A DNA stretch of 64,000 nt from Myxococcota bacterium (GCA_044344255.1 JBIJDH010000002.1:288001-352000), one strand, 5' to 3'; counted from the stretch's first letter, positions 19,325 to 28,181 are shown. Program-made: numbers and translations. The notes: generated by a model not told the origin, from the letters alone.

Positions 19325-20740
19325 TCAAGGTCCGGACTTCTTGGCCTTGGTCGCCGCGAGGTTGGAGCGCGCCCGCGCGGTGGTCTCGGCCAGGGTGCTC
19401 CCCAATCGCCGGAGGTCGGCCTCGGGCACGTCGCGGGGATCGATCGCGTAGAGGTTTGGCATGCCAGCCTTGCCCTTGACGGGGATCGGCGGCAACCGAC
19501 GGGCGGGGATGGCGTCGCCCAGGGCGTTGAAGGTCGGCTCGCTCACGATGATGCTGGTGCCCACGGAGCGGTTGAGCGACTCCAGGCGGGCGGCGAAGTT
19601 GACGGTGTCACCGATGCAGGTGAACTCCATCCGCTCGAGCGAGCCGATGTTGCCGGCCACCACGGGCCCAGTGGCGATGCCGACGCCGATGTTCAGCGGG
19701 GGGCGGCCGCTCTCCTCGGTGCCCATGCGGGCGTTCAGGGCCTCGACCGCGCGGATCATCTCCAGCGCGACGACGACCGCGCGGAGCTCCTGCTGCTCCA
19801 GGTCGAAGGGGACCCCGAAGACCGCCATGAGCCCGTCGCCCAGGAATTTGTCCAAGGTCCCCCCGTAGCGGAAGACGATGGCCACCATCTCGGTGAAGTA
19901 ATCGTTCAGCAGCTTCACGATCTCTTCGGGCTCGGTGGACTCGGCCAGCGGCGTGAAATTCCGGATGTCGGAGAAGAGGATGGTGGCGTGCCGCCGTGAG
20001 CCGCCGAGGCGGAAGCCGGCCTCGTCGGCGGTGACGAGCTCGGCGAGGTCAGGGGAGAGGTACTTGGCCAGCCGCTCTCGCTGACGCTCGACCTCGGCGC
20101 GCTGCATGGACTCCTGCTCGGCCCGGACGAGGAGCCCCTTGGAAACGAAGGCGATGACGCCGGCGAGGAGCGCGGGCAGGGTCAGGAAGGCGATTCGCAT
20201 CAGCTCGTCGCCAATGTTGATCTCGTTCTTTCCGTAGACAGAGACGGGGCTCACGGGGATGAGATGGCCGACCACCACGTAGGCAAGCACGCCCGATCCG
20301 AGGATCACCGTCACCAACGCGGAGTACATACAGGCGGGTACGCTGTACCGGAGACCCGACATCACGTTGAACAGAACGAGGGCCAAGGGGAAGAACGACT
20401 GATAGTACTCGATGGCGCCGGCGTGATTGGCCTCTGCAGCGAAGATCGCGGCGTGAAAGGTGGCCAAATCGACGAAGATGCTCACGTACTTCAGCCAGCC
20501 CATGTACTCGTCGCGGTGAGCGCGAAAATAGGCAAGCAACGCGACGCTGTACAAGACGAGGACAGAGGACTGCCCAATGAAGACCAAGTTGGCGAAGAGG
20601 GTGTTGATGCCCCACATCGTCGCAACCATTCCACCGGTGAGAATGCCGAGCACGAGGCGAATCCAGGCGACCTGGCGTTCGCCTCGCATCTCCGCGCTCC
20701 GGAGAATTTCCTGAATCTGATCGAGATTGTTCACACGCAT
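19325..20740 (-). CDS. Membrane-bound class III adenylate cyclase
   Basis: About 6 N-terminal TM helices, ILFSDIRNFT, DKFLGDG, GIATG and FTCIGDTVNFAARLES. The K/T residues indicate ATP specificity. Confidence 0.9.
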   Translation of the reverse strand: MRVNNLDQIQEILRSAEMRGERQVAWIRLVLGILTGGMVATMWGINTLFANLVFIGQSSVLVLYSVALLAYFRAHRDEYMGWLKYVSIFVDLATFHAAIFAAEANHAGAIEYYQSFFPLALVLFNVMSGLRYSVPACMYSALVTVILGSGVLAYVVVGHLIPVSPVSVYGKNEINIGDELMRIAFLTLPALLAGVIAFVSKGLLVRAEQESMQRAEVERQRERLAKYLSPDLAELVTADEAGFRLGGSRRHATILFSDIRNFTPLAESTEPEEIVKLLNDYFTEMVAIVFRYGGTLDKFLGDGLMAVFGVPFDLEQQELRAVVVALEMIRAVEALNARMGTEESGRPPLNIGVGIATGPVVAGNIGSLERMEFTCIGDTVNFAARLESLNRSVGTSIIVSEPTFNALGDAIPARRLPPIPVKGKAGMPNLYAIDPRDVPEADLRRLGSTLAETTARARSNLAATKAKKSGP

Positions 20741-22407
20741 GGGGGGAGTGGCTTCTCCGGTGCTGGCAGCGGTCGGAGGCTCATGGCTCGGACGCAGAGG
20801 GCGGTGGTGACCTCAACGCTCCGATAGTACACGATATTATCCAAGGACTTCCCTGGCATCCGGTAGAAGTCTTCGGCCGCCCAGGAGCCGTCTGGGTGCT
20901 GTGCGCCAGAGAGGTATCTCCGCGCGGCTCCCGCCACCAGGGCTGCCGTGGGGTCCGAAGCCAGCGACTCCAGGGCGAAGGCCGTCTTCATCGGTGATCC
21001 GAAGCTGCCGTCGGCGCGCTGCTCCTTCGCCCACGCCTCCCGGTCGAGCTGACGCCGGGCGGTGACCGCGGCCTCGAGCTCGGGGGTGACCAGCCCGGCG
21101 GGGAGCCGATCGACCACACGATGGAAGATCAGTCGGGCGTACGGCGCCGAGTAGAAGAGGTCTCCGTGCTCCGGCTCGTCATCGAATTGCCGAAGCAGGA
21201 GGGCGAGGTTGGCCTCGATGAGCCGCGCGTGTCCGGGCGGGTCCCAGGCCAGCAGGCCGAGGAGGAGGTGCCCCCGGACCGTCGCGCAGCGATCGAAGGG
21301 CCAGCTTCGAATTGGCTCGTCGAGCGTCGGCCGACCGTCCGGCCAGCGGGTGAACCAGACGGGCGTGGCCCCTGCGGGATCGACGTTCGGCGCCAGCAGC
21401 CGCAGCCAACCCTCGACGCGCGCCGTCGGCCGATCGGGCAGCAGGGCCGCGACGGACAGCATCATCCCGAGAGAGTCGGCGTCGGGTGGAATGCCCTGCC
21501 AGGAGCCGTACCAGCGCAGGTTGTCGGGCTCAGCGGCCTCGAAGGCGCGGAGGAGGCTGGCGGGGCGACGGGCGCCTGCCTCCCAAAGGGCGAGGAGCAC
21601 GAGCGAGGCGGGGAAGATCTGCTCCACAAGCGGCTCGTCGTGGAGGCCGAGACCCCAACGCTGCACCTCCCAGGCGCCGGTGAGCATGGGGTCGCGGTCG
21701 AGGAAGGCGATGGCCTCCTCGATGTCGCGCCGAAGGTCGCCCGATGTGGGCTCTCGACGAGGCGGCCGCCAGAGGCAGGCGAGGGCGTGGAGAGCTGCGA
21801 TGGTTTCGACGCGGTCGAGGGCCGCGCGCACCTCTTCCGCCCAGCGGCGGAGGGGGGGGGCCCAAGCTGCATCAAAGGGGAGGTTGAGCAGCCCCAAGAT
21901 CGAAGGCTCGAGCGCAGCTCGCAGCTCAGCGCGACCGGCGGCGAGGAGGCCTCGGAGAGCGTACACGGCCGTGGCGGAGGTCCGCTCGTCGGAGAGGCGA
22001 CCCCGCAGCGCAGGCCAGATCGAAGTGCCCTTAAGGAGGAGCAGAAGTGAACGAGCGGCAGGGGACAGGAGGTCGGGCGGAGTTGGGCTCCACCACTGAT
22101 CCCACCAGGCACGGCCAATATCGTCGAGGCGCGCGGCCACCTCCAGCCAAGACAGCGCCGCGTCCAGGTCGTCGTCGTCGCGGCCCTCACCGTCCGTCGG
22201 CAGGAGCTGGAGGCCAAAGTTGATCAGGGCCCGCCGTTCACCAGCGGCCCCCATGGCCGACGCGGCTCGGAGCAGGCCCCGGAGAGCAGGCCTCCGTGCG
22301 AGCAGCTCGACCCAGGCATCCGCGGCGCGGAGGGGATCGGCGTCCACGAGACCGGACGTGGGATCCGCGGGAACGTAGGGCGTTCTGAGCGGTGGGCTCC
22401 CCACCAC
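20731..22407 (-). CDS. Class II terpene cyclase / prenyltransferase (alpha/alpha barrel, QW-repeat) fold protein
   Basis: PPDADS (DxD-type), EQRADGSFGS..KTAFAL, YLSGAQHPDGSW and terminal S.EVTTALCVRAM. Start uncertain. Confidence 0.7.
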   Translation of the reverse strand: MVGSPPLRTPYVPADPTSGLVDADPLRAADAWVELLARRPALRGLLRAASAMGAAGERRALINFGLQLLPTDGEGRDDDDLDAALSWLEVAARLDDIGRAWWDQWWSPTPPDLLSPAARSLLLLLKGTSIWPALRGRLSDERTSATAVYALRGLLAAGRAELRAALEPSILGLLNLPFDAAWAPPLRRWAEEVRAALDRVETIAALHALACLWRPPRREPTSGDLRRDIEEAIAFLDRDPMLTGAWEVQRWGLGLHDEPLVEQIFPASLVLLALWEAGARRPASLLRAFEAAEPDNLRWYGSWQGIPPDADSLGMMLSVAALLPDRPTARVEGWLRLLAPNVDPAGATPVWFTRWPDGRPTLDEPIRSWPFDRCATVRGHLLLGLLAWDPPGHARLIEANLALLLRQFDDEPEHGDLFYSAPYARLIFHRVVDRLPAGLVTPELEAAVTARRQLDREAWAKEQRADGSFGSPMKTAFALESLASDPTAALVAGAARRYLSGAQHPDGSWAAEDFYRMPGKSLDNIVYYRSVEVTTALCVRAMSLRPLPAPEKPLPPCV

Positions 22408-22457
22408 GACCAGCTTTGGCCAGTCGGGCGGGGAGCCGTCTCGCTCCGGGGATCGGC

Positions 22458-22688
22458 TCAGCTCGCGGCTCGCCGGTCAGCGAAGGCAGCGTCGAGGTTC
22501 GCGGCGGCGGCTTCGGCAGCAGCGGGATCCATGCCCTTGAGCTGCCCCATGATCTCGGGGCTCACCTCGTAGCCCTCGGCGGCGATCGTCGCCTCGGGGT
22601 CCGTCAAGAGGCGGCGTCGGAAGTCGGGATCGATCACCGCGCGACCGATCAGCGAATCAGTACCCTTCTCAGAGGAATTCTTACCCAT
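22458..22688 (-). CDS. NHLP-clan (Franean1_4349/Os1348-like) RiPP leader/precursor peptide
   Basis: 76 aa containing LIGRAVIDPDFRRRLLTDPEATIAAEGYEVSPE, the RA..DxxFRxxLxxDP leader motif. Confidence 0.8.
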   Translation of the reverse strand: MGKNSSEKGTDSLIGRAVIDPDFRRRLLTDPEATIAAEGYEVSPEIMGQLKGMDPAAAEAAAANLDAAFADRRAAS

Positions 22689-23001
22689 GTCTCAAGTCCA
22701 TTGGTGTTTTGGGTTTGGGTTGGCTGCTGTCGGGAGCTGGGAGCGGGGCGCGATCCGTGCAGGGTGATGAGCCGGATCCCTCAAAGGGTGCCGGGCGGCT
22801 TGCAAGGGACCACGATTCTGGTAAGGTCGCGCAATTAGGCGGCTTATCGAGACAGACCGGCTCGGGTGCCTCGGCCAAGCGACTGCGATTTGTGGGTCAC
22901 CCGAGGGGGGGGGCGGTTGACCGCCGCCCACGGTTGAGGAGGGTCACTTTTCCTGCTAACGTGAAGTTTTAGCAACGCCCAATGCAAGGTTCGAGGATCT
23001 C

Positions 23002-24234
23002 GTGCAACCCAATGAGCGCCCCGCGCGCGCCGGGCTCCAGCTGTTGATCCGCAAGTCGGACGACGCGGGGGCGGGCTACGAGATCCGAACCGTACACAGT
23101 AGTCAGGCGTTTCTGCGAATGCGCCCAGTAAGGGCAGCGATCCGTGCGGTAGAAGAGAACGTCGTCGACGAGGCGGCGGGGAAGGTGCACGTCCTCCGGC
23201 TGGAGGGTGCAGGCTTGGTCACGGCGCAATACTTGAGGTTGAACGAGCGGGAGCGCTTTATCTGGCAGCACGTGGATGGTGACCACACCATCCAGGACAT
23301 CGCCGCTGCGCTCTTCTTTCGGTTTGGTTCACTGGACGTGCGGGACATACGTAGCTTCCTCCATCGTGCCCGACAGGCTGGGCTGATCGCGATGCAGGCG
23401 GAGACCCCTCTTCGGCAGCGTGCGGTGGCTCGGGGGGGAGCGTTGGGCCGGCTCTTGGACCGCCTCCCTCGGCTGGAGCGGCGCTGGCGCGATGTGGACG
23501 CCGGTTTCGCCCGCGCTCACGTCCTCTTCGGGTGGCTGCTGTCTCGACCCGCGAACGTGCTCTTGGCGGTGCTCGCCGGTGCGGGAGCGGCCGTCTATGC
23601 CCGTTATCGATTCTCTGGACAGCTGGGTGAGGCGGCCTGGCCATTCTTTGTCGATATCGCCCTTTGGATTGTGATCCTCCTGACCTCCATGGCCCTCCAC
23701 GAGCTGGCCCACGGTCTGCTCACCAAAGCACATGGACGGAAGGTGAAGGCCGTTGGTATGGAGCTCCTTGACTCGATCGTTCCGAGTTTCTACGTAGACA
23801 TCACCGACATGTGGATGTCCACTCAGCTTGGACGAATCGAGGTCACGCTCGCGGGTCCCTGTACCAACCTCCTCCTCGGTGGGCTGGCGGCCCTGACCGC
23901 GGGCGCCGCCCAGGCCTTGGGGGCCCCGGCCGCGCTCGGTGAGGTGCTCTCGCTGTGTGCGGACGCAAATTATGCACTTGCTATCTACACACTTTGGCCG
24001 TTCTTCGGTCTTCGAGAAGACGGCTACGAGCTGCTGACCGACGTCCTCCGCGTGCCGGCGCTGCGGCCGCGGGCGGTGCACGTCCTCCGTGAGTGGGCCG
24101 ATCGCAGCCTCCCGCGTGAGCCTGACCTCCATCTTCGAGGGGCGGCGGTGATCTACCTCGCGGGGGTGCTGGCCACCTGGATCGGGCTCCTGGTGGCGTT
24201 CCTCACCGTCGTCTCTCGGTTCGTCGGGGGCTGA
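23002..24234 (+). CDS. PqqD/RRE-domain M50 (site-2) intramembrane metallopeptidase
   Basis: YLRLNERERFIWQHVDGDHTIQDIAAAL (RRE), HELAHG, FYVDITD, AGP..N and P.....EDGY. Confidence 0.82.
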   Translation: MQPNERPARAGLQLLIRKSDDAGAGYEIRTVHSSQAFLRMRPVRAAIRAVEENVVDEAAGKVHVLRLEGAGLVTAQYLRLNERERFIWQHVDGDHTIQDIAAALFFRFGSLDVRDIRSFLHRARQAGLIAMQAETPLRQRAVARGGALGRLLDRLPRLERRWRDVDAGFARAHVLFGWLLSRPANVLLAVLAGAGAAVYARYRFSGQLGEAAWPFFVDIALWIVILLTSMALHELAHGLLTKAHGRKVKAVGMELLDSIVPSFYVDITDMWMSTQLGRIEVTLAGPCTNLLLGGLAALTAGAAQALGAPAALGEVLSLCADANYALAIYTLWPFFGLREDGYELLTDVLRVPALRPRAVHVLREWADRSLPREPDLHLRGAAVIYLAGVLATWIGLLVAFLTVVSRFVGG

Positions 24235-27200
24235 GGTCACCCTCGGAGGCCGGCGATCTTGCTTGGAGCGGGAGGTTGTCGGTGGTGTCCTCCTCTTCGG
24301 CCGCATGGGTGCGGGCGGCGGATGGGACCTCGGGGGTCCAACGACCGCGCAGGCGCGCGTGCCCCCAAGCGTCGCCGTCCTGGTCGGCCTCTTTGCAGCG
24401 CCGCTCGAGGTCGGGGATTGGGCGGTTCGACTTCAGGGCCAGACCGTACAAGAGCCGCTGAAGGTGGACCAGGTTGTATCGGTGCGCCACGACGAGCTCT
24501 GCGCTGATGTCGCCCGGGAGGGCCACTTCGAGGCGGAGGCGAGCTTCGGCGAGCCGGATGCGGAGGAGCAAGGCGTCGTGCGGATCCTCGAGGTCGGCAG
24601 TGTCGAGGCTGCCGATCACGGCCGCCGCGCCCTCCCGATCTCCGATCAAGGTGAGCGCAAGCCCGATCTCTCCGTGGAGCATCGGCGAGGCCACGGGATC
24701 GAGCCACTCTGCGGGCACTGACCCGCGGCGATCGAGCCAGACCGAGAGGGCCTCCCGATCCCCGTAGGTCGCGGCGGAGAAGAGCCCCGCCCGCAACACC
24801 TGCACTGCGACCGCCCGGCCCGGGCGCCGGCGAAGCAGGGCCCAGGCGGCCTGGAGCGAGGCACGGGACCCCTCCGGGTGGCCCACGATCGCCTGAACCA
24901 CGCTCAGATCGGCGAGGACGCCGCAATGGAGCTCGGGGTCGTCCAGGCGATCGGACAGGGCCGCGGCGGCCTCAAGGCGACTCAGCGCCAGCCGGATCTG
25001 CCCTTGACGGAGGTGGATGAGGCCCATCAAGTGCTGAGCGCCCACCTTGCCGCGGCTGTCCCGCTTCCCCGCGCTATGGGTGAGCAGGTCGCGGATCGGG
25101 CGCTCGGCCTCGGCCCACCGACAGAGCGCGACGGTGATCGTCGCCTCCATCCACGCGAGGTCAAACCTTCGCGGGGTCGGCGCGGCGGCTGAGGTGGTGA
25201 AGCGCTGCGCCTCCCTGAGGTCGCGGTCGGCGTCGTTCCATCGGCCGAGGCCGGCCTGTGCGCGGGCCAGGAGTACGGCCCATCGCAGGGCCCCCTCCGC
25301 CCGGCCCTCGAGCTCGTCGGCGGTGATGGCGTCTGTGAAGCCGGCGCGCGCTTCGTCGGCGCAGGCCGCGTAGCGGCCCTGGCGCAGGGCGCAGCGAGCG
25401 GACTCCATGCGCGCGCTGTGGCGCTCGGCGAGCGTGGCGGCCACCTCAGCGGCGCGGGCGGCGTGCGCGAGACAATCGGCGTCGCGACCGAGCTGAAAGG
25501 CAATTCGGGCCCGGGTGATCTCGATTCGATGGCGCAATGGGCCCGAGCCGGGAGCGGCTCCGCTGGGTCGGGCCAGCCAGGCCGAGGCGTCCGCGGGGCC
25601 GTGCTCGAGCAGCGCTTGCTCCGCCTCGGTCACGGCGGTCTCCCACGCGACGTCCCCGCGGTGCTCTCGCGGCGCCGCCGGGGTCCTGGGCGCCTGCCGC
25701 TCGGCCCAGGCGCGGGCGAGGCGCACCAGCGCCGCCGGGTTGCCGGCGAGCTCTCCCGAGTGGGACCAAGCGAGCTCCGGTCCTGCGTCGTCGATCATCG
25801 AGCGGGCCATCTCGGCGAGCTGGCCGGGGGTGAGCGATCTCAGCGCGATCCGCTCAGCGGGCAATCGGATGCGATCGGGCTGGTGGCTGGCCAGCACGAG
25901 CATGGCGTTGCCGTGGAGCGCGGCGAGATCGGCGGGGTCGACGCGCTCCGCGTCGTCGATGGCGATGAGCAAGGGGCGCTGCGCGACCGCCCGCCGCACC
26001 ACCCGGCCCGTGGCTGCTTGGAGGCGGCTGATGGCCGAGCGCACCTGGTGAGTGGGCCCCTCTTCCTCGTCGTCGTCCTCGGGCTCTCCCTGGTTGAGCG
26101 AGGGGACGGCCTCGAACAAGAAGCCGCGATCGTCGCCGAGCAGGTGGCGACGGGTGGCGATGGGGATGAGGGGCCCCACGAGGGCCTCCAGCACCGCGGA
26201 GAGGATGTCGGGGCGGCCGGAGAGCAGGACCTGTCGGCCTCCGCGCAGCAACACCTCGCCCCGCAGCTCGGAGAGGGCGCGGCTCAGCCCGATCCCGGGC
26301 GGTCCGTGGACGATGACCGTGGCTCGCTCTGCGTTGAGGGTGCGATCTCGCAGCAGGCGGAGCGGCCCCCGATCGCCCACCCACCGCGAGGTCAGCGCCC
26401 GCGGGCGCCAGGGCAGGGGCTGGGCAGGCTCTCCGGCGGCGCGGCAGAGGACCCACGCGACCTCGCGGGCGGAGCGCGGTCGGTCCGCGGGCGCCTTCTC
26501 CAAGAGCCGCTCCACCAAGGCGACGACCTCTGGCGGTGCGCTGGGAGCGAGGTCGGCCAGCGGGGGCGGCGTGGCGGTGCAGACCGCCAAGACGAGGTGT
26601 GCGAGGTCCGGCCCTGCGAAGGGGGGCTGCCCCGTGAGCAGCTCGTAGATGACGACCCCGAGCGCGAAGAGGTCAGCGCGAGAGTCCACCTCCATCCCGG
26701 TGAGCTGCTCGGGGGCCATGTACCGTGGGGTGCCGGTGATGGGGCCGGAGATGGGGTCACCGGGGCGCAGGTCGATCCGGCGGGAGAAGCCGAAGTCGAT
26801 CAGGCACAGGCGACCGACCGCATCCACGAGGATGTTGTCGGGCTTGACGTCCTGGTGCACGAAGCCAGCCTCGTGCACGGCGGCGAGGCCGAGCGCGAGC
26901 TCACCAGAGAGGTGGAGGATGGCCTTGAGGCGGGCCCCTGCGGGCTGGTCTTCGAGCCATCGGGTGAGCGTGCGCCCCTCGACCAGCTCCATCGCGAGCC
27001 AGGCCCAGTCTCCCTCCTCGCCGCCGCCGAGCAGCGTCACGACCCGAGGATCTGAGACCGCGCTGAGGGCGGTGACCTCGCTCGTGAGGCGATGGAAGAA
27101 GCGCGACTGGCTGCGGTGAACCAGCTTCACGGCCGCGAGCACGCCGGCCCGCTCCGCGCGGACCACCTCGCCCGCCGCGCCCTGGCCGAGGCGCTCAAGC

Positions 27201-27265
27201 AGCGTGAAGCCCCCGATCTGGGTGAGCGGCAGGGCGTCGAGGCGGTGGTTCGTCGGCTCAGACAT
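24203..27265 (-). CDS. Ser/Thr protein kinase with degenerate P-loop (STAND-like) and TPR-like helical region
   Basis: LGQGAAGEV, AAVK, HQDVKPDN, DFG and GTPRYMAPE, then GPPGIGLS and IAIDDAE. Confidence 0.85.
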   Translation of the reverse strand: MSEPTNHRLDALPLTQIGGFTLLERLGQGAAGEVVRAERAGVLAAVKLVHRSQSRFFHRLTSEVTALSAVSDPRVVTLLGGGEEGDWAWLAMELVEGRTLTRWLEDQPAGARLKAILHLSGELALGLAAVHEAGFVHQDVKPDNILVDAVGRLCLIDFGFSRRIDLRPGDPISGPITGTPRYMAPEQLTGMEVDSRADLFALGVVIYELLTGQPPFAGPDLAHLVLAVCTATPPPLADLAPSAPPEVVALVERLLEKAPADRPRSAREVAWVLCRAAGEPAQPLPWRPRALTSRWVGDRGPLRLLRDRTLNAERATVIVHGPPGIGLSRALSELRGEVLLRGGRQVLLSGRPDILSAVLEALVGPLIPIATRRHLLGDDRGFLFEAVPSLNQGEPEDDDEEEGPTHQVRSAISRLQAATGRVVRRAVAQRPLLIAIDDAERVDPADLAALHGNAMLVLASHQPDRIRLPAERIALRSLTPGQLAEMARSMIDDAGPELAWSHSGELAGNPAALVRLARAWAERQAPRTPAAPREHRGDVAWETAVTEAEQALLEHGPADASAWLARPSGAAPGSGPLRHRIEITRARIAFQLGRDADCLAHAARAAEVAATLAERHSARMESARCALRQGRYAACADEARAGFTDAITADELEGRAEGALRWAVLLARAQAGLGRWNDADRDLREAQRFTTSAAAPTPRRFDLAWMEATITVALCRWAEAERPIRDLLTHSAGKRDSRGKVGAQHLMGLIHLRQGQIRLALSRLEAAAALSDRLDDPELHCGVLADLSVVQAIVGHPEGSRASLQAAWALLRRRPGRAVAVQVLRAGLFSAATYGDREALSVWLDRRGSVPAEWLDPVASPMLHGEIGLALTLIGDREGAAAVIGSLDTADLEDPHDALLLRIRLAEARLRLEVALPGDISAELVVAHRYNLVHLQRLLYGLALKSNRPIPDLERRCKEADQDGDAWGHARLRGRWTPEVPSAARTHAAEEEDTTDNLPLQARSPASEGDLSPRRTERRR

Positions 27266-27317
27266 CCACGACCAGATAACGGGGAGCATGACCGGCGCCC
27301 TCTCTTCGCGACTACAC

Positions 27318-28181
27318 ATGCTCTCACCGCTCCGGTCGGTCAGGGCTTCGCGGGTGAAGCCCGGTGGGGGCTGTGCAGCCCTCTGGCCGCTCCTGCTCGC
27401 CACGGCCTGCTCCGCGCCGCCGGTTGCCCGTGATCGGGACCGCTACCTCGCCGTCCTCGCTGATCCTGAGCTTGAGCCGAGCGTAGGCCTCGGCGCTTGC
27501 GCGGAGATCTCGGATGATGACCTGCGCGGCGACTGCGGGCTGGCCGTGGTCAGCGCCGAGGCGCGTCGGAGGGGAGGAGCGCCCGAGCGCTGGTGTGGAG
27601 AGGTGGAGGCCGGACCGTGGCGGGACGAGTGCTACTTCGTCGCCGCCGAGGCGCATCGTAAGCGGGGGCGCGAGCAGAGCGCGGCCTGGCTCTGCGGGCA
27701 AGCGGGTCGCTTTGTGGACGACTGCGGGCAGCACCTCTGGCAGACCGCGGTGTACTCTCTCGTCCACAACAACGGCCCCGACGGGATCTCCGCCGCGCTC
27801 CCCCGCGCTCGACAGCTGTACGCACGATGGCTGCCCTTGCTCGGGGAGACCACCGACTTCAAGGTCCGCTTTTGGGAGCGCTACTATCAAAACGGCTTCG
27901 AGGGACTCGGGACGCTCGATCTGCGGTGGTGTGACCGGCTCGACCTCGAGGAAGACCGACGGCGCTGCGTCGCCGCGGCGGTGAAGCTCTACGACCGAGA
28001 GCTGGGCCCAGGGATTCAGCGGGGAAGAGTCAATCTGTGCGCCGAGCGCTTGACCTCCGGGGAGCTCCAGGACTGGGTCCACGCCGTCCCGGACCCCCGC
28101 TTCGACGCCGCCGTCGACCGTCGCCGCGTGGAGCTCTGCGGCGGCGACACGACCCCTCCTCCGCCGGCCCCGCCGCCTTGA
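27318..28181 (+). CDS. Cys-rich hypothetical lipoprotein
   Basis: Lipobox LATAC and repeated C..I......RGDC / C.......RDEC motifs. Start uncertain. Confidence 0.6.
   Translation: MLSPLRSVRASRVKPGGGCAALWPLLLATACSAPPVARDRDRYLAVLADPELEPSVGLGACAEISDDDLRGDCGLAVVSAEARRRGGAPERWCGEVEAGPWRDECYFVAAEAHRKRGREQSAAWLCGQAGRFVDDCGQHLWQTAVYSLVHNNGPDGISAALPRARQLYARWLPLLGETTDFKVRFWERYYQNGFEGLGTLDLRWCDRLDLEEDRRRCVAAAVKLYDRELGPGIQRGRVNLCAERLTSGELQDWVHAVPDPRFDAAVDRRRVELCGGDTTPPPPAPPP

Noticed and set aside
22224..22460. Selenocysteine read-through of the precursor's TGA: a GGAGC-GAGACG-GCTCC hairpin starts 10 nt after the stop, selB is present, and the extension would contain WSWW.
   Set aside because: The extension overlaps the terpene-cyclase-like ORF for about 60 codons, and its codons look like the shifted frame of that gene. 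A 5-bp hairpin is expected by chance at this GC level. bSECISearch plus Cys-containing homologues would be needed to revive the idea.
22954..22974. CIRCE (HrcA) element
   Set aside because: CIRCE is TTAGCACTC-N9-GAGTGCTAA. Here the half-sites are shorter and in reversed order.
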